A DNA stretch of 35,302 nucleotides, from the NCBI RefSeq assembly GCF_006345805.1, contig NW_021828053.1, positions 1 to 35,302 of the forward strand, read 5' to 3'. Of the stretch, positions 22,261 through 33,230 are shown in pieces. How positions within the stretch are numbered: position 1 is the stretch's first letter; each line of letters begins with the position of its first letter. The stretch comes from Octopus sinensis (taxonomy: Eukaryota). The translations under genes and the position numbers were made by a program. Below the pieces are notes generated by a model, which did not search any database, had not been told where the DNA came from, and was given only the letters and a program-made list of their open reading frames with translations.

Positions 22261-22302
22261 TATAATAGATAGATAGTAGATATATAGATAGATAGATAGT
22301 AG

Positions 22303-22375
<73 letters not shown>

Positions 22376-22564
22376 TATTGGGTTGAGGAATAACTCATGG
22401 CGTTTTTTTTTGTGTTTTTTTTTCAAATTTAAAAAAGCACTCAGAAATAAAATGGTTTGGCAAAATGTTGTATGTTATTTGAAAGAAAACTTTCTTGCTC
22501 TACAAGGTACTGTGTTTTGATTTTTTAAATTTCATTGATTTTTGTGTATTTTCAGATCATAAAA

Positions 22565-22906
22565 ATAAAATGTCAAGTGGACCAAACTGAGCATTTTCAA
22601 CACCATTTGCTTTTTGCGTTTAATCGAAGTGCTGATTCCGCCATCGCTGCTCGTGAGATTTGTGCTATGTATGGAGAAGGGACAGCGCCTCAAATTACTG
22701 ACCGCCATCGGTTTTCGTGCTTCAAAAATGCGAATTTTGTACTCAGTGACGGATCACACACCGGTCGACCAACTGAGTCCGTCGAAGAGCGATTGAATGA
22801 ACTTCTTCAAGAAAATCCACGTCAAACGACCAGAGAACTGGCGGAGCAGATGGATTATGATAAAAAAAAAAAAACTGTGGTGGACCACCTTCACTCAATG
22901 GGCAAG
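22565..22906 (+). pseudogene. Mariner transposase N-terminal DNA-binding region (start codon now ATA; truncated)
   Basis: EHFQHHLLFAFN...AAREICAMYGE...HTGRP...LLQENPRQTTRELAEQM...VVDHLHSMGK matches Hsmar1/SETMAR-type HTH domains. Confidence 0.9.
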
Positions 22907-23127
22907 CTCCATCGAAATCGATTGGTCGACCAGTGTGTGATCTATCCTTGAGGTCAAAATTCCCATTTTCGAAGCGCGAAAACCAACGATAGGCAGTACT
23001 TCGAGACATTACTCTTTCTCCATACACAGCACAAATCTCTCAAGCAGCTTCGGCGGCCATAACACTTCGATCAAATGCAAAAAGCAAATGGTGTCGAAAA
23101 TGCTGTTTTGTCTACTTGGCATTCCAT
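22907..23127 (-). pseudogene. Second mariner transposase N-terminus, frameshifted
   Basis: MECQVDK...YGERVMSRSTAYRWFSRFENGNFDLKDRSHTGRPIDFD. Confidence 0.9.
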
Positions 23128-23150
23128 TTCAATGATCTGAAAATACACAA

Positions 23151-23566
23151 CTCTCTTTTACTCTTTACTCTTTTACTTCTTTCAGTCATTTGACTGCGGC
23201 CATGCTGGAGCACCACCTTTAGTCGAGTAAATCGACCCCGGGACTTATTCTTTGTAAGCCCAGTACTTATTCTATCGGTCTCTTATTGCCGAACCGCTAA
23301 GTGACGGGGACTTAAACACACCAGCATCGGTTGTCAAGCAATGCTAGGGGGACAAACACAGGCACACAAACATATACACACACATATATATATACATATA
23401 TACGACAGGCTTCTTTCAGTTTCCGTCTACCAAATCCACTCACAAGGCTTTGGTCGGCCCGGGGCTATAGCAGAAGACACTTGCCCAAGATGCCACGCAG
23501 TGGGACTGAACCCGGAACCATGTGGTTGGTTAGCAAGCTACTTACCACACAGCCACTCCTGCGCCT
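23151..23566 (-). mobile_element. SINE family A, full length, inserted in the mariner 5' UTR
   Basis: Mariner UTR is continuous across the insertion when compared with 22440-22560. Confidence 0.9.
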
Positions 23567-23715
23567 AGATCAATAAAAATTTAAAAAATCGAGACACTAT
23601 CTTGTACAGCGAAAAATTTTCTTCAAAATAACAGAAAACATTTTGTCGATGCATTTTATTTCTGAGTGCATTTTTAAATTTGAAAAAGACTTCCATGACT
23701 TTATTCCTCAACACA

Positions 23716-23716
<1 letters not shown>

Positions 23717-23801
<85 letters not shown>

Positions 23802-23813
23802 CAAACTAACTAA

Positions 23814-23904
<91 letters not shown>

Positions 23905-24110
23905 TGTATGTATGTAGAGATGTATATATATATATATATATTTATTTATATATATATATGTATGTATGTATGTATGTATCCATGTATGTGTATGTATGTA
24001 CACATAATATCTTATCTACTATATTTGTGTATATGCATTCCGTAAAATATAAACATGCTCACACACACACACGCACACACGCACACACGCACGCACACAC
24101 ACTCACACAC
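23717..24110. repeat. (TATC)n/(TA)n/(TATG)n/(CA)n microsatellites
   Basis: Direct reading. Confidence 0.9.
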
Positions 24111-24750
24111 ACGTCCACACATTCCATACGCGTAGATATGGATCTTAAAATTCTTTTAATACAATTTGTTATCCTTCTTGAATCCGGAGTTTACTGCTGA
24201 TGAAAAGCAACGATTTTTCCCCTCCTAATTCAAATTATAAATAATGTTCTGTCATTCTGTTTGACGATTATAATAGCTAAGTGTCATTTGCAAATCAATT
24301 CTGGTTGAATAATTGTTGATATTAGTCAGCATGAAGCCTTAGGTACCAGAAAGCTAAGTTCTCCAAAAACAATACTTTATCCTCTTTCCTGTTGTCGAGT
24401 GCTTATTCATCCGGTCCGTTACTGGTGTATAAAATTTATTTGTGTGCGTAGGTGGATATGTTTATTCGCATGTCTGTCTGTATGTTTGTGGACATATGCG
24501 CGAGTTTGCGTACACATAGATGCATACATAAATACATACATATATGCTTACGTAAATACATACATGTACTTATAAATGTATGTGTGTGTTTGTAAATTTA
24601 CGCACGAAATGTGTATGTATGTATACTCACATATAGACGCATATATATATTCACTTACCTGCTTTTGTTCTCACATTTACTACGCATAAATACGTACGCA
24701 CACACAGACATTTGTATATACATATATACATATATATACACATACATATA

Positions 24751-24945
24751 GGCACAGGAATGGCTGTGTGGTAAGTAGCTTACTTCTCAGTCACAGGGTC
24801 CTGGGTTCAGTCCCACTGCATGACAACTTGGGCAAGTGTCTTCTACTATAACCTCGGGCCGACCAAAGCCTTGTGAGTGGATTTGGTGGGCGGAAACTGA
24901 AAGAAGACTGTCGTATATATGTGTGTGTGTATTGTGTGTGTGTAT

Positions 24946-24976
<31 letters not shown>

Positions 24977-24991
24977 ATGTGTGTGTGTGTG

Positions 24992-25026
<35 letters not shown>

Positions 25027-25236
25027 TGTGTCTGTGTTTGCCCCACCAAAATTGCTTGACAACCGATGCTGGTGTGTTTACTTCCCCGTAAAGTAGCGGT
25101 TCGGCAAAGAGACCGATAGAATAAGTGCTAGGCATACAAAGAATAAGTCCTGGGGTCGATTTGCTCGACTAAATGCGGTACTCCAGCATGGCCGCAGTCA
25201 AATGACTGAAACAAATATAATAAAAGAATAAGAGAA
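24751..25236 (+). mobile_element. SINE family A, full length, internal (GT)n
   Basis: Head, CORE-like motif and tail as in 8418 copy. Confidence 0.9.
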
Positions 25237-25616
25237 TACACACACACACATACACACACACACACCACACACACACACACACACACACCCGCACCACATA
25301 TTTCATTTAATTAGTCAAGGAACTTAAGACCCTTAAGGGATGCGAGGATCCTAGTTCCCTGGTTTATACCAGCGTTCGGAGAGAACCAAGTATATTACTT
25401 TATCACCGAAGCGTTTTTAAATAAGATGAAGAAAACGGATAAAAATTTAATTACTGATGTTTTTATTTAAAGACATTCAAATTCATTCAAATTCATTCAG
25501 AAACTCGTACCTGCATTTGGATTGAGAATTCAGGAGTAATCAAGAATATGGAATCATGATACATGTTAAATTTTTCTTTGCCTGAAAAACTCACCAACAA
25601 TATAGCAAACGGAAAC

Positions 25617-26135
25617 TGCTACTACTACTACTACTACTACTACTACACTACTACTACTACTACAACTACTACTACTACTACTACTACTAATACTAATACT
25701 AATACTACTACTACTACTATTGTGTTATTCTTTTTCGTTCATCATCATCTTTATATTTTTCCTCTTCTTCATCCACCTTCTTTTTCGTCTTCTAATTCTT
25801 CCTCTTCTATTTCTTCCTTTTCTTCTTTTTCTTCTTCTTCCTCCACTTCTCTTTCTTCTTCTTCTTCTTCTACCTCCCCTTCTTTTCCTTCTCCTCCTTC
25901 TCTTCCTCCTTCTTCTTCCTCCTTCTTCTTCCTCCTTCTTCTTCCTCCTCTTTTTCTTCTTCTTCTTCTTCTTCTTTTTTCTTTTCTTCAATTATCCTCC
26001 TCCTCCTCCTTCTTCTTCTTCTTCTTCTTCAATTATCCTCCTCCTCCTTCTTCTTCTTCTTTTTCTTCTTCTTCTTCTTCACTTATCCTCCTCCTCCTCC
26101 TCTTCTTCTTCTTCTCCCCCTCTCCTTCTTTTCCT
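25617..26135. repeat. (CTA)n followed by polypyrimidine (CTT/CCT)n
   Basis: Direct reading. Confidence 0.9.
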
Positions 26136-26569
26136 TCTTCTTTGCCCCTCAACACCGAAATTCCCGAGCCGCTGCCAGATGTTGAAACCGTTACATATGG
26201 ATATACAAACACACACACACAAAAGCACAAAACACAAAAAACTTGAACTACCCGAGTCGGTTCATCTGTTTTTGATCTTAATTACGATGTGTCATGTCTG
26301 ACCTCCACTAAACATCAGTGATGCTACACACTTGATCTTGTCACAGCGGATTTTGCTCTGGGAAAGTTCTACTCTTAACGATTTTTAATTTACAAAGAAG
26401 CTGATTTTCAATGAATGGAGAAACCGCTAATTAAATAATTAATAATTAGTTTGATTATTTAATTAAGCAGGTGTTATTTATTTTAGCAAAACTTTTGTCC
26501 TCACACTTTACCAAGATGAAATATCAAGTTTACCGCTTCCTTTTGTTGTTGCAGAGTTATTTGGTTTCC

Positions 26570-26960
26570 TTTCGTCGCCGTCGTCGTCGTCGTCATCATC
26601 ATCATCATCATCATCATCAACATCATCATCATCATCAGCATCAGCAGCAGCAGCAGCATCAGTGTCGTCGTCGTCATTGTCTTGTCGTTCTTCCTCTTTC
26701 TCTTCTTCTTACCTTCTTTTTCTTCTAGTTATTTTTCTTCTACCTACTACTACTACGAATACTACGAATACTACTACGAATACTACTACGAATACTACTA
26801 CGAATACTACTACTACGAATACTACGAATACTACTACTGCTGCTTCTGCTGCTACTACCACCATCACTACTACTACTACTACTACTATTACTACTACTAC
26901 GACTGTGTTTTTCTCTTTCGTTCATTATCATCATCATCATCTTCGTCGTCGTCCTCCTCT
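26570..26960. repeat. Compound trinucleotide repeats including (TAC)2-4-GAA units
   Basis: Direct reading. Confidence 0.9.
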
Positions 26961-27259
26961 TATTATTTTCTTCTTTTTCTTCGTCTTGTTTTTACTTCTC
27001 CACTTCCACTTTTTTCTCTTTCCTTTTTCTCTCTCTCTCTCTCTCTTCTACCATCACTTTGTCTCACTCTCTCTCACACACACACACACACTCTCTGTCT
27101 CACTTTATTTATTTCTCTTTATCTGCGTTCTTCCGGTTTTCAATCTTCAAATGCATCATGTCTAGGTCACCACGTTTAAGATTTATACTTGTACATATTT
27201 TTCGATCCATATTTGTCGAACTGCGAAATTACGGTACATAAACATACTCAAAATAAACA

Positions 27260-27480
27260 TCCGGGAGGGTGCTGAAAAGTTCCTGGCTTTAAAGGTATCA
27301 CAAAAGGCCTGGCTGGAGACTCAAACTTCCGAGTTCTTTACGGGGCTTAGAAAAACTGTAAGACCGCAGCAATAAGTGTGTGAATCTCAGAGGGGAAATA
27401 TGTCGAATAAAATCATAATTAACTGATCTTCCTGTATTTTCTTTTACCCAAAGCCAGGAACATTACAGCACCTCTTCATA
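27260..27480 (+). mobile_element. ~220-bp mariner-derived MITE, copy 1
   Basis: TIR core GCTGAAAAGTTCCTGGCTTT / AAAGCCAGGAAC; interior encodes a transposase C-terminus. Confidence 0.8.
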
Positions 27481-27509
27481 TATATATATATATATATATA
27501 TATTGTATC

Positions 27510-27910
27510 TGAAGTCAATCCCAATAGAATTAAATTTGTGTCAATAACTCTAAGATTAAAAATTCTATATACCAGTTGTATAATCAGTACTCGTAATAAG
27601 TACAATTTTACATTGGAAGCACATCGTTATAGTTATCTAAGAGAATTTCTATCCATTACTCAACATTTAGGATAGAAATAAACGGAATAGTACCGTCTCA
27701 GCAAACTGATTTGGAATTTAAAAGACCACAATGAACAATTTCATTTGGAATGTTGTCCTCTCAATTCGATACCATATACAAAGGCAAGAAATTCTGTCTT
27801 CTAATTCTGAGCTATTTTTCATTATTTTTCTAAAAATACTCTAGTAAACACGGTATAGAACGAGCATCAGATGTAAGCATTGGCAAACATACTTTTAGTG
27901 CATATAAGTA
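27510..27910 (+). pseudogene. Decayed Penelope-like GIY-YIG endonuclease
   Basis: Across frameshifts: KNSIYQ..I, FYIGST (YIG codons 27609-27617), KRISIHYSTFR, RNST.LSKLIWNLKD, PYT.GKKFCL, CKH (27872-27880). Confidence 0.75.
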
Positions 27911-28098
27911 GTCTCTATCATATATATAGTTTAGACTTTAATTTCCTTATATTTTTAACATTCACTATTAATATCCCTACTCTTCTGTTAGCTACTTATG
28001 ACGTTATATCATATACGTTTTTTTAAACAATATTAATAGCGTTCTGTCATCGCTATACAATCCATCATTTTTTGCTAAATTCGTATTGACAAGTTTCG

Positions 28099-28195
28099 TT
28101 TTTCCCTTTCCCGAAGAGAAGATTGCATTGTTATACCTTTTATTCTTTTGAATAAGTATCAGTGGAATTTTTGAAACATATGTAGAAAGAAAAAA
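28099..28195 (+). ncRNA. Hammerhead-like motif in the Penelope 3' pLTR (core CCGAAGA, U4C variant)
   Basis: Stem I TTTTT-CC-CTTTC / GAAAG-AAAAA; long stem II capped by TTATTC-TTTT-GAATAA; GAAA 28173-28176; palindromic ACATATGT; GUA 28182-28184. Confidence 0.6.
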
Positions 28196-28233
28196 TACTG
28201 TTTAACCTGCGTTAACTCCATTTTTTTTTCCTA

Positions 28234-28256
28234 CTATATATATATATAGATATATT

Positions 28257-28344
<88 letters not shown>

Positions 28345-28371
28345 TATATATATATATATATATATATATAT
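28234..28371. repeat. (TA)n microsatellite
   Basis: Direct reading. Confidence 0.95.
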
Positions 28372-28372
28372 G

Positions 28373-28653
28373 GGGAGGAGGTGCAATGCCCCAGTGGTTA
28401 GGGCAGCGAACTCGCGGTCGTAGGATCGTGGTTTCGATTCCCAGACCGGGCGTTGTGAGTGTTTATTGAGCGAAAACACCTAAAAGCTCCACGAGGCTCC
28501 GGCAGCTCTTTCACCACTCTTTCTCCCACTCTTTCTTCTGTTGGCCTGCTCGCTTAGCCAGCAGGGTGGCGTCATTCGAAGGCTAAAACAATGCGAACGC
28601 ATTGTGACCAGCGATGTGTAACTACATCAGATGGACTGGTCGGTCACGTGATA
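28373..28653 (+). mobile_element. SINE family C head with alternative tail Y
   Basis: Head and body nearly identical to 747-860, then an unrelated tail ending GGTCGGTCACGTGATA. Confidence 0.8.
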
Positions 28654-28873
28654 CGCGAGGCCGTGTTGAAAAGTTTTAGGCTGTAAGGGTATCGCGTAAC
28701 GCCTGACTGGAGGCCCAATCATCCAAGTTCTTTTACAGGGTTTATGAAAACTGAAGGACCTCTGCAATGAGTGTGGGAATCTGAGACAGAAATATGTTGA
28801 ATAAAATCATAATTAACTGATACTCCTCTATTTTCTTTTATCCAAATCCAGGAACTATTCAGCACTCCTTGTA
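28654..28873 (+). mobile_element. Mariner MITE, copy 2
   Basis: Collinear with 27260-27480. Confidence 0.8.
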
Positions 28874-28924
28874 TGTATGTGTGTGCGTCCGTGTATGTAT
28901 GGTGTGTGTGTTTGTGTGTGTGTG

Positions 28925-29145
28925 TGAAGGAGAGCTGAAAAATTCCTGGCTTTAAGAGTATCGCTAAAGGCCTGATTGGAGGTCCAAAATCTCCGAGTGC
29001 TTTTACAGGGCTTAAAAAAACTGAAGGACCGCTGCAATAAGTGTGAATCTGAGAAAGGAATATGTTGAACAAAATCATAATTAACTGATCCTCCTCCTGT
29101 ATTTTCTTTTACCCAACACTAGGAATTTTTCAGTACCCCTTCGTA
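28925..29145 (+). mobile_element. Mariner MITE, copy 3
   Basis: Collinear with 27260-27480. Confidence 0.8.
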
Positions 29146-29297
29146 GACATGGATGTACACACATCCACCTGAAAGGTTCCAAATTCCCCTACACTGGGTA
29201 TTAGAAAATGGAGCTTTTCAGTTATAATACAGCAAAGAACACTCTTCATGTCTATTGAGTTCTGTAATTTAACGCTTCTTGTGGATCAACAGATTGA

Positions 29298-30014
29298 TAC
29301 ATACATACATACATACATACATACATACATACATACATACATACATTACATACATACATACAACTTATGTATGTATGCATGCATGCATGCATACATACAT
29401 ACATACATGCATGCATACATACATACATACATACATACAAACATACATACATACATACACACACACACATACATACATACATACATACATACATACATAC
29501 ATACATACATACATACATGCATGCATGCATACATACATACATACATACATGCATGCATGCATGCATAAATACATACATACATACATACATACATACATAC
29601 ATGCATACATACATGCATACATACAAACATACATACATACATACATCACACATACATACATACATACATACATACAAACATACATACATACATGCATTTG
29701 TGTATATGCATTCCGTAAAATATAAACATGCATACATACATACATACATACATACATCAATGCATGCATGCATAAATACATACATACATACATACATGCA
29801 TACATACAAACATACATACATACACTACATACAACACACCATACATACATACATACTACATATACATACATACATACATACATACATCAACATACTACGT
29901 ACGTACGTACATACATACATACATACAGCGTACGTACGCGTACATACATACATAATACATACATACGTACGTACGTACATACATACATGTTGCATGCATG
30001 CATGCGTACGTACG

Positions 30015-30048
<34 letters not shown>

Positions 30049-30272
30049 CATACATACATATATACATACATACATACATACGTACGTACGTACATACATA
30101 CATACATACATACATACATACATACATACATACGTACATACATACATACATACATACATATGTACGTAGGTACATACATACATACATACATACATACATA
30201 CATACATACATACATACATACATACATACATACATACATACATACTTACATACATACATACATACATACATA
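29298..30272. repeat. ~975-bp (CATA)n tract with CATG and CGTA variant domains
   Basis: Direct reading. Confidence 0.95.
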
Positions 30273-30490
30273 CGGGGAGTGTTGGAAAATTCCTGGCTTT
30301 GAGTAAAAGAGAATACAGGAGGATCAGTTAATTATGATTTTATTCAACATATTCCCCTCTCAGATTCACACACTTATTGCAGTGGTCCTTCAGTTTTTCT
30401 AAACCCTGTAAAAGAACTCGGAAGGTTGGGCCCCCAACAAGGCCTTTCACGATATCCTTAAAGCCAGAAACTTTCGGGCACCCCTTCGTG
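30271..30490 (-). mobile_element. Mariner MITE, copy 4
   Basis: Minus strand reads LLQGLEKLKDHCNKCVNLRGEYVE*, a mariner transposase C-terminus, between TIRs. Confidence 0.85.
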
Positions 30491-30568
30491 TATATATTTT
30501 TTTGTGTGTGTGCATACGTGCGTGTGTGCATACGTGCGTGTGTGCATATATATATATATATATATATG

Positions 30569-30688
30569 TAGGTCCCGGGTTGAGTCGGGGTTAACCACAG
30601 TTAAAAGAGCTTCCTGATGATTTCTTTTGAATGAAACAGTTCTAGTCCTGTAGAAGCTCCTTCTATAAAATAAAAAAAAATAAAATAT
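30569..30688 (+). mobile_element. Short A-tailed insert in (TA)n carrying a hammerhead; probable retroelement 3' end
   Basis: About 120 bp unique sequence ending ATAAAATAAAAAAAAATAAAAT, with (TA)n on both sides. Confidence 0.55.
30607..30659 (+). ncRNA. Compact type I hammerhead ribozyme
   Basis: Stem I GAGCTTC/GAAGCTC (7 bp); CTGATGA 30614-30620; stem II TTC-TTTT-GAA on a U.U pair; GAAA 30633-30636; stem III CAG/CTG with 8-nt loop; GUA 30650-30652. Confidence 0.8.
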
Positions 30689-30744
30689 ATATATATATAT
30701 ATATGCGCCCCCTTCGTAGATACATGCATAAATACATTATATAT

Positions 30745-31001
30745 GAATCCCTCTCAATACACGGCTATGATGCTCACAAAATACTTCTGCTCATGATCAG
30801 AGATGCACATATCGTCAGCCACTAAGGGACATGGTCAACTGGTTAAGGTCAAACAACTGACAAGCAAATCTGTGGTATTGAGCAGAATATTTGCTATAGA
30901 CCATCTTTCATACCAAGACAAAACAATGTACATGATAACACTTCCAATCAGTTAAGATCAGAAGCCACGAGAGCCACTGCTTGGTACTGCATCAGGGCAT
31001 T
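30745..31001 (+). mobile_element. Non-LTR retroelement 3' region with (TTA)n tail
   Basis: Matches 18255-18520 in reverse complement; followed by (TTA)n then (TTG)n. Confidence 0.75.
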
Positions 31002-31009
31002 AATATTAC

Positions 31010-31055
<46 letters not shown>

Positions 31056-31379
31056 GTTGTTGTTGTTGTTGTTGTTATATACCAGCGTGGAAAACGGATG
31101 TTAAACAGTGGTGATGATGATGATGATGATGATGGTGGTCAGGAGACGTGAGTCGCCTGACATTTTATTTTTGTGTTTCTAGGCCTGTGTTAGCCAAAAT
31201 AATTGAAATGTTTTAACCGTTTCACCGTGAAATTAAATTTCATGGTTATTCTAGTAATTATGTTAAACATCGACCAAATAATTAAAATTGGTATTTTCTG
31301 CAAGTCTCACGCTGACTCACTAAACTTGACATAACTCAACAAAAAATAGCTTCAAACAAGTGATTCCTCAACAGAACTT

Positions 31380-31928
31380 GGCGCAGGAGTGGCTGTGTGG
31401 TAAGTAGCATGTTTACCAACCACATGGTTCCGGGTTCAATCGTCAGGCCTGGTCGGCGTTTGTGAGAGATGCAGCATTGAGGATGAATGAGGATGAATCA
31501 ACCCACCCCGGGTGAATGCTGTAAGAAGAAGAAGAAGAAGGGTTCAATACCCCTGCGTGGCAGCTTGGGCAAGTGTCTTCTACCATAGCCTCGGGCCGAC
31601 CAAAGCCTTGTGAGTGGATTTAGTAGACGGAAACTGAAAGAAGCCCATCGTATATATGTATATATCTATATATATATGAGTGTGTGTGTGTGTATGTGTG
31701 TGAATATGTGTGTGTATATATTTGTGTGTCTGTGTTTGCCACCCCCCCCCCAAACATTGCTTGACAACTGATGCTGGTGTGTTTACGTCCGTATAACTTT
31801 GCGATTCGGAAAAAAGAGACCGATAGAATAAGTACTAGGCTTACAAAGAATAAGTCTTGGGGTCGATTTGCTCGACTAAAGGCGGTGCTCCAGCATGGCC
31901 ACAGTCAAATGAGTGAAACAAGTAAAGA
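31380..31928 (+). mobile_element. SINE family A, interrupted in its B box
   Basis: Head resumes after a 99-bp insert at the duplicated GGGTTCAAT. Confidence 0.9.
31441..31539 (+). mobile_element. 5'-truncated RTE-like LINE 3' end, (GAA)n tail, 9-bp TSD
   Basis: TCAACCCACCCCGGGTGAATGC-(AAG)n; GGGTTCAAT at 31432-31440 and 31540-31548. Confidence 0.75.
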
Positions 31929-31944
31929 TATATATATATATATA

Positions 31945-32098
31945 TGACAGGCTTCTTTCAGTTTCCGTTTACCAAATCAACTCACAAGGATTTGGTCAGC
32001 CTGAGGCTATAGTAGAAGACACTTACCCAAGGTGCCACGCATTGCAACTGATCCCGGAACCATGTGGCTTGTAAGCAAGCTTCTTACCACAGAACCAC
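31945..32098 (-). mobile_element. SINE family A 5' half
   Basis: Reverse complement of head through GAAAGAAGCC. Confidence 0.8.
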
Positions 32099-32169
32099 TA
32101 TTCTATACATGTGTGAGTATATGTTTTGTATCCATGAGTGTGTTTTTCCAAAAATTATTCTGCATGTGT

Positions 32170-32589
32170 ATACGTACGTAGTACACATAGACATTCAGCG
32201 TGATGCTGTGTGTATGTGTATAACCATGTACCCACATGTATGTTTGTGTGTGTGTGTGTATTTATCTAAGGGTGTGTCTGTGTGTGTATTGCAAGATGTG
32301 TGTGTGTTGTTTATTTGTGTGTGTAAATGAATGTAGGCGTGAGTGTTTGGAATTAAAACAAATAAATGTGTTTGGTGTGTGCATGTGTGTTGGGGGGGGT
32401 GCACGTGTGTGGGATGTGTGCATGCGTGTGTGCATGTGTGTGTGTCTGTATGTGTTTGTGTAGAAGCATGATTATGAAAGCGCGTGTGTGCAGAAGTATG
32501 ATTATATATATGTGTGGTGTGTGTGAGTGTGTGTGTGTGTGTATACGTATCAGAATACATCTGTCTGCGTGTGTGTACATATAAGACTA

Positions 32590-32621
<32 letters not shown>

Positions 32622-33179
32622 GGGGCACCAGTGTGTATGCACGTATGAAAGGCGGGGCTCAGTAACGCTAAGAAAGCCTCGAACGAACTGAAGCGACAAC
32701 GATTAAACGTTGTGATGCCAAATAAATGGTTTCGTTTGTAATTACCTCATTTGCTCTTTCTACAAGATAAATTACTTGCTAGTGTGCATGCATGTAACTA
32801 TTAGTGTATGTATGTGTATAACCATGTATGCATACGTGTGTGTATATATATATTTATATATATATATATATGCATGTATATACATGAACATACATATGTA
32901 TATATGTATACATCTTTATCCATCTATCTATGTATATGTATATATATATATTATATATATACAGAATATATATAAAACATATATACACACAAATATATAA
33001 TATATGTATACATATATATAAACACATATTTATATATATATTTATATATATATATATACATATATATATATACATATAAATATTCATATATATATGTGTG
33101 TGCATATATATATACACATATATTTATATATATATGTATACACCTACGAGCGCACAAATACACACACATATATATAAGC

Positions 33180-33212
<33 letters not shown>

Positions 33213-33230
33213 TGTGTTTATGTATGTATT
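32170..33230. repeat. Degenerate (GT)n and (TA)n tracts with a short unique spacer
   Basis: Direct reading. Confidence 0.85.

Larger units (their letters stand above)
22376..23716. mobile_element. Mariner foldback of two inverted 5' ends (22376-22906 plus; 22907-23716 minus, split by a SINE)
   Basis: TIR TATTGGGTTGAGGAATAA at 22376 and inverted match near 23700-23716; both arms carry the same 5' UTR and transposase start. Confidence 0.8.

Noticed and set aside
24197-24203. CTGATGA on the plus strand
   Set aside because: No GAAA, stem III or NUH in register
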